64,000 nt of DNA from Nemertoderma westbladi (GCA_032718475.1 JAUCBJ010006956.1:1-64000); one strand, 5' to 3'; shown: positions 35,869 through 45,806, counted from the stretch's first letter. Translations and numbers: made by a program. The notes: a model not told the origin generated them from the sequence alone.

Positions 35869-36416
35869 ATTTACGATTATATCCGTTACAAATTAGTTCA
35901 GTTAATTATAAGTCCAGAAAGTCTGAAACTATAGCGATAGCAGAATAATTCAGTTTTTTATTTAATTCAGTTTATTAATAACATTGCTATATAGGCATCT
36001 ATCATCTTATTGCTAATACATTCAGCATTTACAGTTACTATAGCTATACATTAATATCCAACCAGTTTTTTATGACTTTTTTGTCCTTTTCTTTTTTCTA
36101 ATTCTTTTCTTTAGACCTTTTTATACCTTTTTTTTTTCTTTTTTCATTTCATTATTATTTCATCTCATTTAATTTATTTCCACATATTTCAACACATTTA
36201 TTTCCACCATTTATTTCACATTTATTTATTTCCACATCATCATTGGGTTTATAGCCCCCCGGCTATCATCATTGGTTATAAGCGCAGCACCAGGGTGCGC
36301 ATCATTTCATTTTCATCAGCATACGCGTCATCATTCAGGTTTATAGCAGAGTTGTCTGATCCTTTTCATCGTTTCCAACTATATTCAATCATTTTCTTTG
36401 GTTAATCTTTGTCGTG

Positions 36417-36842
36417 GAAGGGGTGTTACGCGGCAATCTGGGATCTACAGCTGGACTCGTTACACCGCCTACGCCCCAAACTGCGCACGTAACGGACAAT
36501 GAAGACGCTGGGAGTGAAGTCACGTGGATGCACCAGGGACCCACCAGAATAACACTCCCAACAACATAAAGCTCAGTCGACGAAGTCATGTGGGATGGGG
36601 TTACGCAACATTCTGGGATCTACAGCTGGACTTGTTACACCGCCTACGCCCCAAAATCCACGCAACGGTCCCACCAGAATAACGCGACTGAGAACATAAA
36701 ACCCTCTATCGTCGAAGTCATGTGGATGCACCATGGACCCACCAGAATAACGGGATAGAGGGGGTGTTGCGCGGCAATCCAGGATCTACAGCTGGACTCG
36801 TTACACCGCCTACGCCCCGAACTGCGCACGCAACGGACAACA
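36417..36842. repeat. Three ~80-bp internal direct repeats between pol and ORF2
   Basis: GGATCTACAGCTGGACTYGTTACACCGCCTACGCCCC core in copies at ~36420, ~36597 and ~36761. Confidence 0.85.
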
Positions 36843-37111
36843 TAACATACTGCAATGAATACAATGAATTCCACTTCAAATCTTTTCCATTTCCAATAAT
36901 CCAATATCGTAGGTCCTGATGACCAAAATCAGGGTAAACAATGCATAAACGACCCTGCGTCAGTCGAAACATCTGCAGGGTGACGCTGGACTCCACATAA
37001 CACACGAGGAAACACAAATACCATTGCGTGGTTACAGTTGGTTTAAGGGGGTCCATAATTCGTTGTCGATAAATCACAGTTTAAAAGAGTTTGTCAACAT
37101 GATGAGAAGGG

Positions 37112-37330
37112 TTACACGGGTTTGTAATTGTCACCAATGTCCACAGCAGGATCTTGAGTAGGGATCTTATCACCTCTCGTAGAATCACCGCTATCATTGC
37201 CTTCAAGAAGGCACAGCCTCTGGATAGGGCGTTGGTAGTGGCCCTTTGCCGTTCGTATCGTCACAGTCCTCGCAAGTCCGTCTTTGCTTGGGTGTATGGT
37301 CACGACCCGCGCCACAGGCCAGTGAACGCG
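37112..37330 (-). CDS. Frameshifted C-terminus of element 2 pol (integrase C-terminal DUF5641-like region)
   Basis: Alternative frame reads HWPVARVVTIHPSKDGLARTVTIRTAKGHYQRPIQRLCLLE, the canonical BEL pol end. Confidence 0.85.
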   Translation of the reverse strand, partial: RVHWPVARVVTIHPSKDGLARTVTIRTAKGHYQRPIQRLCLLEGNDSGDSTRGDKIPTQDPAVDIGDNYKPV

Positions 37331-40300
37331 TCTTTGAGATCTTCTTTAACTAGTACCATGTCGCCAATTGCGACGTTCCGGTAGGTGTTGTTCCATTTCC
37401 TCCTGGTCCGGAGGGTTATGAGGTACTCATGGGCCCAAATTCTCCACCAATGCGCTGCCAACGCTTGGGCCTTTTTCCAGTTTGTATGTTTTGTGATCTC
37501 GTTGGGATCCGGGAACATGGTTTCCGGGAGAACGTGGGTTTTGGGTCTCCCCAGTAAGTGGTTAGGAGTGAGGGGCTCCAGGTCTGTGGGGTCGTCGCGG
37601 ATAGGGACAATAGGTCGGTTGTTCAGGGTAGCCGTGATCTCGCAGAATGTTGTGCGGAGGGTGTCATGGGTTACCCGGGTATCGCCTAGAGCGACGCGCA
37701 TGGATCGTTTCACTAGGTCGATCAGTTTCTCCCATACCCCGCTCCTATGGGGTGCTAAGGGGGTCTGGAAGTGCCACTGTATCTGGTGTTCCTTCCAGAC
37801 TTGGGATGCGGTGTTATCGGTAAACCATCCCTCGATCGCCTCTCTAAGTTCTCTTTCTCCTCCCACAAAGTTTGTACCATTATCGGAATACATGTGGCGG
37901 CATGTCCCGTTGTTCGCCACGAACCGACGCAGAGCGTTGATGAATGCGTGTTGTGTCAGATTTACCACGATATCTAGGTAAATTGCCCTAGACCTTAGGC
38001 AGGTGAAGATGGCTCCCCAGCATTTGATGTTGGATCGTCGTTCAATAACCGTGAACGGTCCGAAACAGTCCACTCCGGTGACGTAGAATGGTGGGGAATC
38101 CGCTTGTAGACGGGTGGCTGGTAAGTTGGCCATCTTTTGGGTGATTGGTGGCGCTAGGTAACGTCTGCAGGTGAAGCAACGTTTCAACACTTTCCGGATC
38201 AGTGGCTGGATGTGGGTGATCCAATATCTTTGTCTTATATTAGCTATAATCCAATTCTGTCCTGCGTGGTGGTTGTCCTCGTGACATTGTAGAATTAATA
38301 GCTTAGCTAGTGTCGACGTTCCGGGCAGAAGCGCCGGGTATTTAACCTCATATTCGACCGGGGCGTTTGCCATCCGGGTATTCAGTCGGATCAGTCCGTC
38401 CTCTCCCATCATTGGTCTCAGTTGGTAGACTGGGCTGTCCGGTTTCAACGTTTTGCCCGCACTAAGTTGTTCCCATTCATCGGGGAAACTTTCTTTCTGG
38501 ACATATCTAACAATACACTTCTCCGCGATAATGAGTTCTTGTATATTCCGTTGAACTATCGGTTTGTTGTTTTTCCACCGTAGGAAGTTGCGAAGTGTTA
38601 TAACGTGGTGGACGAGCCGTCTCATGGATGAAGTTCGCTCGATCAACCGATGTAAAGATGCCGCTAGTTGAGTGATCGTCGCGACGTTATAGTGCCTGCC
38701 CGAGTCCTTTGCAGGCTCAGTCAGACAACTATAAATTTCCACCGCGTTGCTTCGATGGATTTTACGGATCTCTATATCGTCCTCGGAGTATTTTCCGCTA
38801 TCGAGCTCGGGGTCGAATCGGGTACTCCATGTTAACTGTGGCTGCCGTAGGAATTCCGGGCCTGTAAGCCAGAGTTTACTTTTACCGAGTTGTTTTGGGG
38901 TGGCGCCTCGGCTTGATAAGTCCGCTGGGTTTTCCTTCCCGTTCACGTGATGCCACTGTTCTCGGCCGGTACACTGTTTAATCTCCGTGGCTCGGTTTGC
39001 AACAAATGTGGTGTGACGCCGTGATGGAGAGTGGAGATAATAGAGAACTATACTCGAATCTACCCAGAAGTGTTGAGATTCTATGGGGATCCGTAGATTC
39101 CGCATGACCATGCGATTCTGTCTTACTGCCCAAACTGCAGCTTGTAGCTCGAGTCTCGGGATCGTTGCTACGAATTCCCCGGATACTGTCTTTGCTTTGG
39201 AGAATAAGAAGCTTGTATCGCTGTTTCCATCGTTACTTAGTCTCCGTAGGAAGGTGACTACGCCAATTCCGGTATTCGAAGCATCCGAAAATGTGTGGAG
39301 CTGGAAGATATCGGTGGGCAATTTATCGAGGAAGAACGGTCTAGGTATCCGCATAAGATGTAGGTGTTCGAGCTGCTCCGTCCATTTTCTCCATTTGACG
39401 CTGAGGTATGGGGGGAGCTCTTCGTCCCATCCCAGTCCTTCTATCCACATTTCCTTAATCAGGTTCATTCCGGCCAAGGTTACTGGAGATATGAAATTTA
39501 GTGGGTCGAAGATGGCGCTTTTTAACGACAAACATCCCCTTTTTGTCATAGGCTTGGGTAGGGGTTTATATTTGAAGATGAATTCGTCTGATTCTATGTC
39601 CCATTCAATCCCAAGTACACGATGTTCCACATCCTCCGAATACATTTTGTTATTTTCCAGCCGGATGTCCTCCGGAAACTTTTCCATAAGTGTTTTGTCG
39701 TGGGATCTGAACTTCACGAGCGGAAACCCTCCTTTCTTCAGACATTCTACCATCCCCATTGCTAGCCGATATGCCTCATCCACATTATCCGCGGCGGCGC
39801 ATCCGTCGTCCACATAGAAGCATCGTTGAATGGTTTCTATGACGGTTGGAGGGAACTCGTTTTCGCACATAGTTGCTGTCCTCTTTAGCATGTCACTGCA
39901 TGCTACCGGCGAGTCCTTAGCGCCGAAGATCCTGACGACCATACGCATTACGTCTACGTCCTTGATCGTGAGTTGGCTAATCTCCTGTTGAGTAAGCGTT
40001 TTATCCGTCCATAGGATACGTAGACAGTCCGAGTCTCTTGGTAACGTACGAACTTGATGAAACATGGCCTTGATGTCACAGGTGAATGCTACCCGGTTTT
40101 CCCTGAACCTGATCAATACGCCGATGAGTGTACTATATATGTTGGGTCCCGTGTAAAGCTGACTGTTTAGGGATTCGCCCTGGTACATAGCGGCAGCATC
40201 ATTTACCACTCGGATTTTCCCACCTTTGCGGGCTTCTACTACATAGTGGGTTGGGAGATAATATGTTCTTTCACCACCTTGCAGTTCATTCCGTGGTACC

Positions 40301-43300
40301 ATTTCTGCTAATCCATCATCGAGATATCCTTGGATTACGGTATTATATTTCTCCTTTATCTCGGGTTGGTCATTCAGCCGGCGTAGAATCCCTTTAAGTC
40401 GCCTAAGTGCCATGCTGGCGTTGTTTGCCATTGGTTTGTTTGGATCCTTCCATAACATAGGTGAACACCAATGTCCGTCTTTAAACGTGGCCTGGTCGAG
40501 AACGTCCATACAATATTGGTCCTCTTCGGATGGGTTTTCGTCCTTTTCCGCGAACTCCTGGGTCTCCAAATTAAAATATTTCGTCATCTCTCGTTGGGTT
40601 TTCTCGGTTTCCAGAAACAAATCCTCGTCAAGATCCGAAGCTGAGCAATAACCCACAGAGGTTACATTCTCTTTAATCTGACATTTAGGAAGGTAGGTAT
40701 AGGTGTCCGTAGTTTCCTCCTTAATGCCGCAGAGTGTCCATCCCATTATTGTTCGTTCAGCATAAAATCCATCATCCTGGTTTATAGATCGAGCGATATC
40801 TCCGGTGGGGATGTGTAGTTCCGGTGTATCAAGTCCGATCAGTAGGGTGATACGGTTCACGTCCAACTGCGGACACCTCAGGTCTACATCGTCTCGGTCC
40901 AATTGTATGAGGGGGGCGTACTCGGCTGATTGTCGGAACCGCACCCGGAGGTCTGTGTGTACCAAGGCGTTCTTGATGGTTAACTTAGCCGTTTCGTAGC
41001 CCTTCATCACTCCTTCCATCTGGAGTTGTACCTCCCCGGACTCTACTTCTCTGTTATCGGTGATGGTTTGTATGGGCCGTTTACAAGGTTCATATTCTAG
41101 GCCGAGTTGCTCGAGGAAATCCCGGTCGATGATGGTTCCGTCAGACCCGTTATCGAGGAACGCGAGTGTCGTCAAAGATTTGCCGACTCCTTGGATCCTT
41201 ACTGGGATTACCTTTGCGAAAACCATGTAGCGGCGATTTATAAGATTAATCGTGGCCGAAATATTGGTTATTTGTGGTGTATCGGTGGAGATTTTAAACG
41301 GGTTGGTTTCTCTCCGTTGGGTTGTCCGGGTTCCTTTGAAGATGTGGTTTGTTTCTCCTCTTCGCCTGGCTTCGATCCGAAAGGGGAGGGTAGTAAAATC
41401 GAAGTTCGCGGGGATGTGGAGGAGCGTGTGATGGCGTTGGTCGTTACAGACAGCACAGCATGATCTTTGGTCGCACTCCCGAACATAGTGACCTGTTCCA
41501 AGACACCGGAAGCATCCTCGGTGTTTCATTATCGCCTCGAAGCGTGGGACGAGTTCGGCGAACTGAAACTTTCTGCAGAATTCCACTTTATGTTTCTCCC
41601 CACAGAAGAGACAGAGTAGGGAATTTGTGGTGCCTTCCCTTTCGGGTGCCCAACTCGCGAGATAACATGCCCATTCCTCGGCGGATGTCGGTTCCTCGTA
41701 GTCTTCGTCGTTGGAATCCTCGGCCATGGTGATGGCCATCGTACTCACTGGTGGGGGGCGGAATCTCGGTTTCGGAGGGGTTATCTTACTCCTGGAGTTG
41801 CTCTCTATTCCGTCCAACTTTGCGAGACTCTGTTTTGAAAACATCGAGTCATTCATGGCTTCGGAGATATCGTCCAGGAATGCCGACATTTCAAGGAAGC
41901 TAGGATCTCGATCTGGATGTCTGCGCCGGAGATCTACACATTTATAAGCCCACTTACTTTGTAGCCATCCGGGGAACTTCTTGGCGATCTGTCGGAGGTT
42001 TAGAATGTTGTTCACCTGGTCCTCCTTATTTAAGGGTTTCAGAGTATAGTAGGCATCCTTCATAGAGTCGGAGAATTCCTGTATGTTCTGTGGGTCCCCT
42101 AGTGATCCCGCGTCCTGTATCAGTCTCTCTAGAGTTTTATTAATTATAGTTCCGGTATTTCCGTATCTTTTATCCAGAGTTTTCCATGCGTCATAGTATG
42201 CCTCATGAGAACCTCCTTCAAAACATGCAATAATTCTGCGTGGTTTGTCACCCAGGTATTGCGATAAATATACCAATTTCTGTGCGTCGGCTATGTCCGT
42301 TGATCCGATCTGCGCAAAGAACCGTTTCTTGAATCTGAGGTAATCGACGGGATCTCCTTCGAAGGTGCGAATCTCCATCTTAGGCATGGCAAGGCGGTTC
42401 TCCAAAGCCCGGATGATGCTGACGTCGTCTGAACTGGAGTGACTCGGAGGGTTATAGTTATTGGCACTCACTCCCATACTTGATGGATCAATAATAGGTG
42501 GAGTTTTAATAATGACGCGGCTACGAGTTTGTGGTGTTGATGTAAATGGGTTGTTCGATCGGGGAGTGGCGTCCCGTTCCGAGTCCTTTTCAGGCTCGTA
42601 CTTGGGTACACTCGCTGTCGTGGTGTTGGATGGGAAATAAGGTTCCTCATTCTTTAGCGTAGCCGGTGGGGGATGGAACACCGGGGCTTGTGCCGATAGC
42701 GTAGACTGTTTGGTAGGCGGGATCTCGGGTTTCGGAGGTTTCGCCGCTGTTGGTGTAAATGACTTTTCTAACTCCGGTACCGGAATTGGTTCATATTCCT
42801 GATCTATATCCCTTTCCCAGTCCTCGTAGAGTTGAATATCTCGTTCTATAAGTGCGGCTTCATATTCTGCGAGTTTTGCAATATCCGCATTCTTTTTGTG
42901 GATGAGAATTGCTTGGGCCTCGGCGTGTTGTTTACGCATTTCCGCTTCCCATTTACGTTGTTCGATCTCTCGTTCGGCCTCTCGTCCGCGTTGTTCGGCC
43001 TCCTGTTTGCGTTGTTCGGCCTGTCGTTCGTCCTCTCGTCTATGTTGTTCGGCCTGCCGTTCGGCCTCCTGTTTACGTTGTTCGGCCTGCCGTTCGGCCT
43101 CTCGTCTATGTTGTTCGGCCTCCTGTTCGCGTTGTTCGGCCTGCCGTTCGGCCGCTTGTTCGGCCTCTCGCTTTTGTGTTTCGGCGGCTAATACATCTTG
43201 CTCGGCTTGCAGTTGAATATACTCATCTTCCATCCGAGCTTTGAGGGCTAATGCCTTCCGTTCTCGCAGTTGGTCTCGGAGTGGCGGCGCCCCTTGAGAA

Positions 43301-43812
43301 CTGCGCGCTGAGCCGGATATCTCGCTCCTAGCGCTGGAGTGCTGATTTCTAACGGACCCCGTTCTCTTTCGATGTACTGCTGTCCTGATGCTGGAGGATC
43401 GTACTGATTCCGCGTCTGTTCTTTCAGCCCTCTTGTAATACTGTTCCTCATAGCCTCTCACAAGGCTGAGGGTCCTCCGGTGTTGTTTGCGGAACCCATC
43501 TAGATGTACAACGTGTTCTTCCAACTTGGGGTAGTTTTCCAGATCGGTGGGGGGAACGAGCTCTTGGTACGCCTGTATCATTCTTTCGTACCGCTGTAGG
43601 ATATTTCGGATACTTTGAAGCTGAGTTTGTACCTCATTGAGGGGGGTTTTGACTCCCTTGAGTTGTTTCTCCATCCGTTGATACGCTCGGGTTACTCCGC
43701 CTTTAAGAGCCCCTAACCGACGGGTCATGTTCTTGACGTTTGGTACCTCGTCGTCTTCCGAGTCTGTGTGGTGATCCATCTCGTCGGTATCGGATACGTT
43801 ATTTGTTGTCAT
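37300..43812 (-). CDS. BEL/Pao gag-pol polyprotein (2170 aa to the premature stop)
   Basis: Gag with EQ/R-rich coiled-coil repeats and three Cys-His knuckles (CLFCGEKHKVEFC, CFRCLGTGHYVREC, CAVCNDQRHHTLLH); protease FLDNGS; RT FYVDD; RNase H FSDAS...PRLELQA; integrase GVDCFGP/SDNGTNF/VWEKLI. Confidence 0.97.
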   Translation of the reverse strand: MTTNNVSDTDEMDHHTDSEDDEVPNVKNMTRRLGALKGGVTRAYQRMEKQLKGVKTPLNEVQTQLQSIRNILQRYERMIQAYQELVPPTDLENYPKLEEHVVHLDGFRKQHRRTLSLVRGYEEQYYKRAERTDAESVRSSSIRTAVHRKRTGSVRNQHSSARSEISGSARSSQGAPPLRDQLRERKALALKARMEDEYIQLQAEQDVLAAETQKREAEQAAERQAEQREQEAEQHRREAERQAEQRKQEAERQAEQHRREDERQAEQRKQEAEQRGREAEREIEQRKWEAEMRKQHAEAQAILIHKKNADIAKLAEYEAALIERDIQLYEDWERDIDQEYEPIPVPELEKSFTPTAAKPPKPEIPPTKQSTLSAQAPVFHPPPATLKNEEPYFPSNTTTASVPKYEPEKDSERDATPRSNNPFTSTPQTRSRVIIKTPPIIDPSSMGVSANNYNPPSHSSSDDVSIIRALENRLAMPKMEIRTFEGDPVDYLRFKKRFFAQIGSTDIADAQKLVYLSQYLGDKPRRIIACFEGGSHEAYYDAWKTLDKRYGNTGTIINKTLERLIQDAGSLGDPQNIQEFSDSMKDAYYTLKPLNKEDQVNNILNLRQIAKKFPGWLQSKWAYKCVDLRRRHPDRDPSFLEMSAFLDDISEAMNDSMFSKQSLAKLDGIESNSRSKITPPKPRFRPPPVSTMAITMAEDSNDEDYEEPTSAEEWACYLASWAPEREGTTNSLLCLFCGEKHKVEFCRKFQFAELVPRFEAIMKHRGCFRCLGTGHYVRECDQRSCCAVCNDQRHHTLLHIPANFDFTTLPFRIEARRRGETNHIFKGTRTTQRRETNPFKISTDTPQITNISATINLINRRYMVFAKVIPVRIQGVGKSLTTLAFLDNGSDGTIIDRDFLEQLGLEYEPCKRPIQTITDNREVESGEVQLQMEGVMKGYETAKLTIKNALVHTDLRVRFRQSAEYAPLIQLDRDDVDLRCPQLDVNRITLLIGLDTPELHIPTGDIARSINQDDGFYAERTIMGWTLCGIKEETTDTYTYLPKCQIKENVTSVGYCSASDLDEDLFLETEKTQREMTKYFNLETQEFAEKDENPSEEDQYCMDVLDQATFKDGHWCSPMLWKDPNKPMANNASMALRRLKGILRRLNDQPEIKEKYNTVIQGYLDDGLAEMVPRNELQGGERTYYLPTHYVVEARKGGKIRVVNDAAAMYQGESLNSQLYTGPNIYSTLIGVLIRFRENRVAFTCDIKAMFHQVRTLPRDSDCLRILWTDKTLTQQEISQLTIKDVDVMRMVVRIFGAKDSPVACSDMLKRTATMCENEFPPTVIETIQRCFYVDDGCAAADNVDEAYRLAMGMVECLKKGGFPLVKFRSHDKTLMEKFPEDIRLENNKMYSEDVEHRVLGIEWDIESDEFIFKYKPLPKPMTKRGCLSLKSAIFDPLNFISPVTLAGMNLIKEMWIEGLGWDEELPPYLSVKWRKWTEQLEHLHLMRIPRPFFLDKLPTDIFQLHTFSDASNTGIGVVTFLRRLSNDGNSDTSFLFSKAKTVSGEFVATIPRLELQAAVWAVRQNRMVMRNLRIPIESQHFWVDSSIVLYYLHSPSRRHTTFVANRATEIKQCTGREQWHHVNGKENPADLSSRGATPKQLGKSKLWLTGPEFLRQPQLTWSTRFDPELDSGKYSEDDIEIRKIHRSNAVEIYSCLTEPAKDSGRHYNVATITQLAASLHRLIERTSSMRRLVHHVITLRNFLRWKNNKPIVQRNIQELIIAEKCIVRYVQKESFPDEWEQLSAGKTLKPDSPVYQLRPMMGEDGLIRLNTRMANAPVEYEVKYPALLPGTSTLAKLLILQCHEDNHHAGQNWIIANIRQRYWITHIQPLIRKVLKRCFTCRRYLAPPITQKMANLPATRLQADSPPFYVTGVDCFGPFTVIERRSNIKCWGAIFTCLRSRAIYLDIVVNLTQHAFINALRRFVANNGTCRHMYSDNGTNFVGGERELREAIEGWFTDNTASQVWKEHQIQWHFQTPLAPHRSGVWEKLIDLVKRSMRVALGDTRVTHDTLRTTFCEITATLNNRPIVPIRDDPTDLEPLTPNHLLGRPKTHVLPETMFPDPNEITKHTNWKKAQALAAHWWRIWAHEYLITLRTRRKWNNTYRNVAIGDMVLVKEDLKDAFTGLWRGS

Positions 43813-44000
43813 TGTAACGCCTCGTCGATGGCTAGATACGCGATGTCGTAAAACAGTTCCCCGTAGGTATTGTACTCAGCTTGGACCACCCGAACAGTAA
43901 TCCTGAATCGTCCGACGTTCGTTCCTTGTACTTCAACTTCGACGTGCCAGATTCCTGGCTCAACTTGAATTATATCAATGGGTGTGATCGATACTTCCAT
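43809..44000 (-). CDS. Small upstream ORF (63 aa) whose stop overlaps the gag start (ATGA)
   Basis: ATG start, protein-like composition, TGA overlapping the gag ATG at 43809-43812. Confidence 0.45.
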   Translation of the reverse strand: MEVSITPIDIIQVEPGIWHVEVEVQGTNVGRFRITVRVVQAEYNTYGELFYDIAYLAIDEALQ

Positions 44001-44250
44001 TCCCTGTTAACAACTCTCCAAATATGTGATCTGCCGACTACGAGTTGGTTAGATCGAGTTTGTTGATTAATTAAACCACGACTTTGTCTCAACTCAAATA
44101 CCAGAGTTTCCTCGTAGTGGGTGCTGGCAAGCACATAGAGAGTTTTGAAGAGTATTGAAGGATTCTCAACTTCCACCAGTTGAAGTTGACCGTAATTATT
44201 CTTAATTTTGACACCCTGTCAAAATTAACCGCATTAATTATTCTTAATTT

Positions 44251-45806
44251 TGTTGCCGTTATCCCAACACCAGGGGGGAAAAACGCCGATGCTGGAGACG
44301 TGACTTTACAGACCACTGAGCCCCGGCCAGTCACCGGATATTGATTTTGGAGAAGGAATGATTTCTGAGATGCAGGGTTGCGGTTGAGAAAAAGCTGCAT
44401 TAGTTGGATATACTCTTTAATGTAACTGAACTCTGTTGAACCTTGTTGAACCCTGATTAAGAATAATTTTGGGCTTCCCCAAATCAATATACACCAAATA
44501 TTCACAATAATTATACACGATAATATAAATCCCTACAGTATATTATTTAATTACCCACTGTTCGCTCAGATTTTAGCCTACCTAATGTTCCCCAGATTTT
44601 CCCTCGGTCCTAGTCTTAGTGCCGTAGTGTCGGTCGACCCTGTCGCGTGTCCGTTCCACCCCTCACGAACCCCGAAGGGAACGATCATCGAGAACCAGCA
44701 CGGCTTGGCTAAGGGTCGGTCCAGTCGGTAGACTCTGTCGCGTATCCGTACCACCCCTCTCGAACCCCGAAGGGTTCGGTCATCGAGAACCAGTACGGCT
44801 TGGCTAGGAGTCTGTCGTGTCGGTGGACCCGTTCGCGTGTCCGTTCCACCCCTCACGAACCCCGAAGGGTTCGATCATCGAGAACCAGAACGGCTTGGCT
44901 AGGGGTCCGTCGTTTCATCACAGAAACCCAACCACCTAGGCTTTCCGAGTCCCTTTCAGGCTCGTAGTCGCTTCGGCAGCCGAGAAACTGCTCCGAACAG
45001 TCGGTAGGCCAGTAGAGTCTAGTCGAGTCTAGTCCTTTGTCTTTCGACCCCATCGCGTGTCCGTTCCACCCCTCACGAACCCCGAAGGGATCGATCATCG
45101 AGAACCAGTACGGCTTGGCTAAGGGGTCTGTCGTCGGTTCCCGTCGCAAATCCCAGTACAAGCAGTCAGCGTTCCGAGTTCTTTTCAGTCTCGTAGTAGC
45201 TGCCGTTGACCAGAGACCGCTAAGGGCAGTTCTCGTCAAACCCATCCTGTGGCCAGCCCTTTCGCATGTCCGTCCCACCCCTCGCGAACCCCGAAGGGAT
45301 CGGTCATCGAGAACCAGTACGGCTTAGCTCAGGGGGCAGTCGTTAGTTGGCCACCCGTTCGCGTGTCCGCTCCACCCCTCACGAACCCCGAAGGGAACGA
45401 TCATCGAGAACCAGAACGGCTGACACAAGCAGTCAGCGGTCCGAGTTCTCTTCAGTCTCGTAATGGCTGCTGTTGGCCAGGGACCGCTAAGGGCAGTCCT
45501 TGTCCTTTAGGCCTGGCGCATTACCAAATCCACCCCTACAGGCAGCAGGAAGTTGGCCAGGGCCTAATAGTACTCAGGCTAACCTGAATACTGCTTGCAT
45601 TTTCCACCCCCCCCTGGCCCTTATAACTATGAAATTATTCCCGTACCCTGTAAGTTGCCCCAAAGTTCGGCCATAAATCGCCCCCAGTTTATTGAATGTG
45701 CCCAAAACCCATGGTCCCGCACCCAGTAGTAATATCGGAATAATCAATTTTAATAAAATACAAAAATATTCAACTCGCGTTATGGAAAGTTGAAATACCG
45801 CGAACA
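44251..45806 (-). repeat. 5' LTR of element 2 (1556 bp)
   Basis: Matches 31497-33102; module array at ~44636-45420 with one module truncated by a 39-bp deletion. Confidence 0.97.

Larger units (their letters stand above)
31497..45806 (-). mobile_element. Full-length 14.3-kb BEL/Pao LTR retrotransposon (element 2) with an extra exonuclease-like ORF
   Basis: TG...CA LTRs at 31497-33102 and 44251-45806, TSD AGTAT (31492-31496, 45807-45811), minus-strand gag-pol, G7 PPT adjacent to the 3' LTR. Confidence 0.97.

Noticed and set aside
37385-43244. Plus-strand ORFs antisense to gag-pol (e.g. 244 aa at 39083-39817), and similar ones opposite PPP4R3 and SRP54
   Set aside because: Shadow ORFs of real coding sequence with no recognisable motifs
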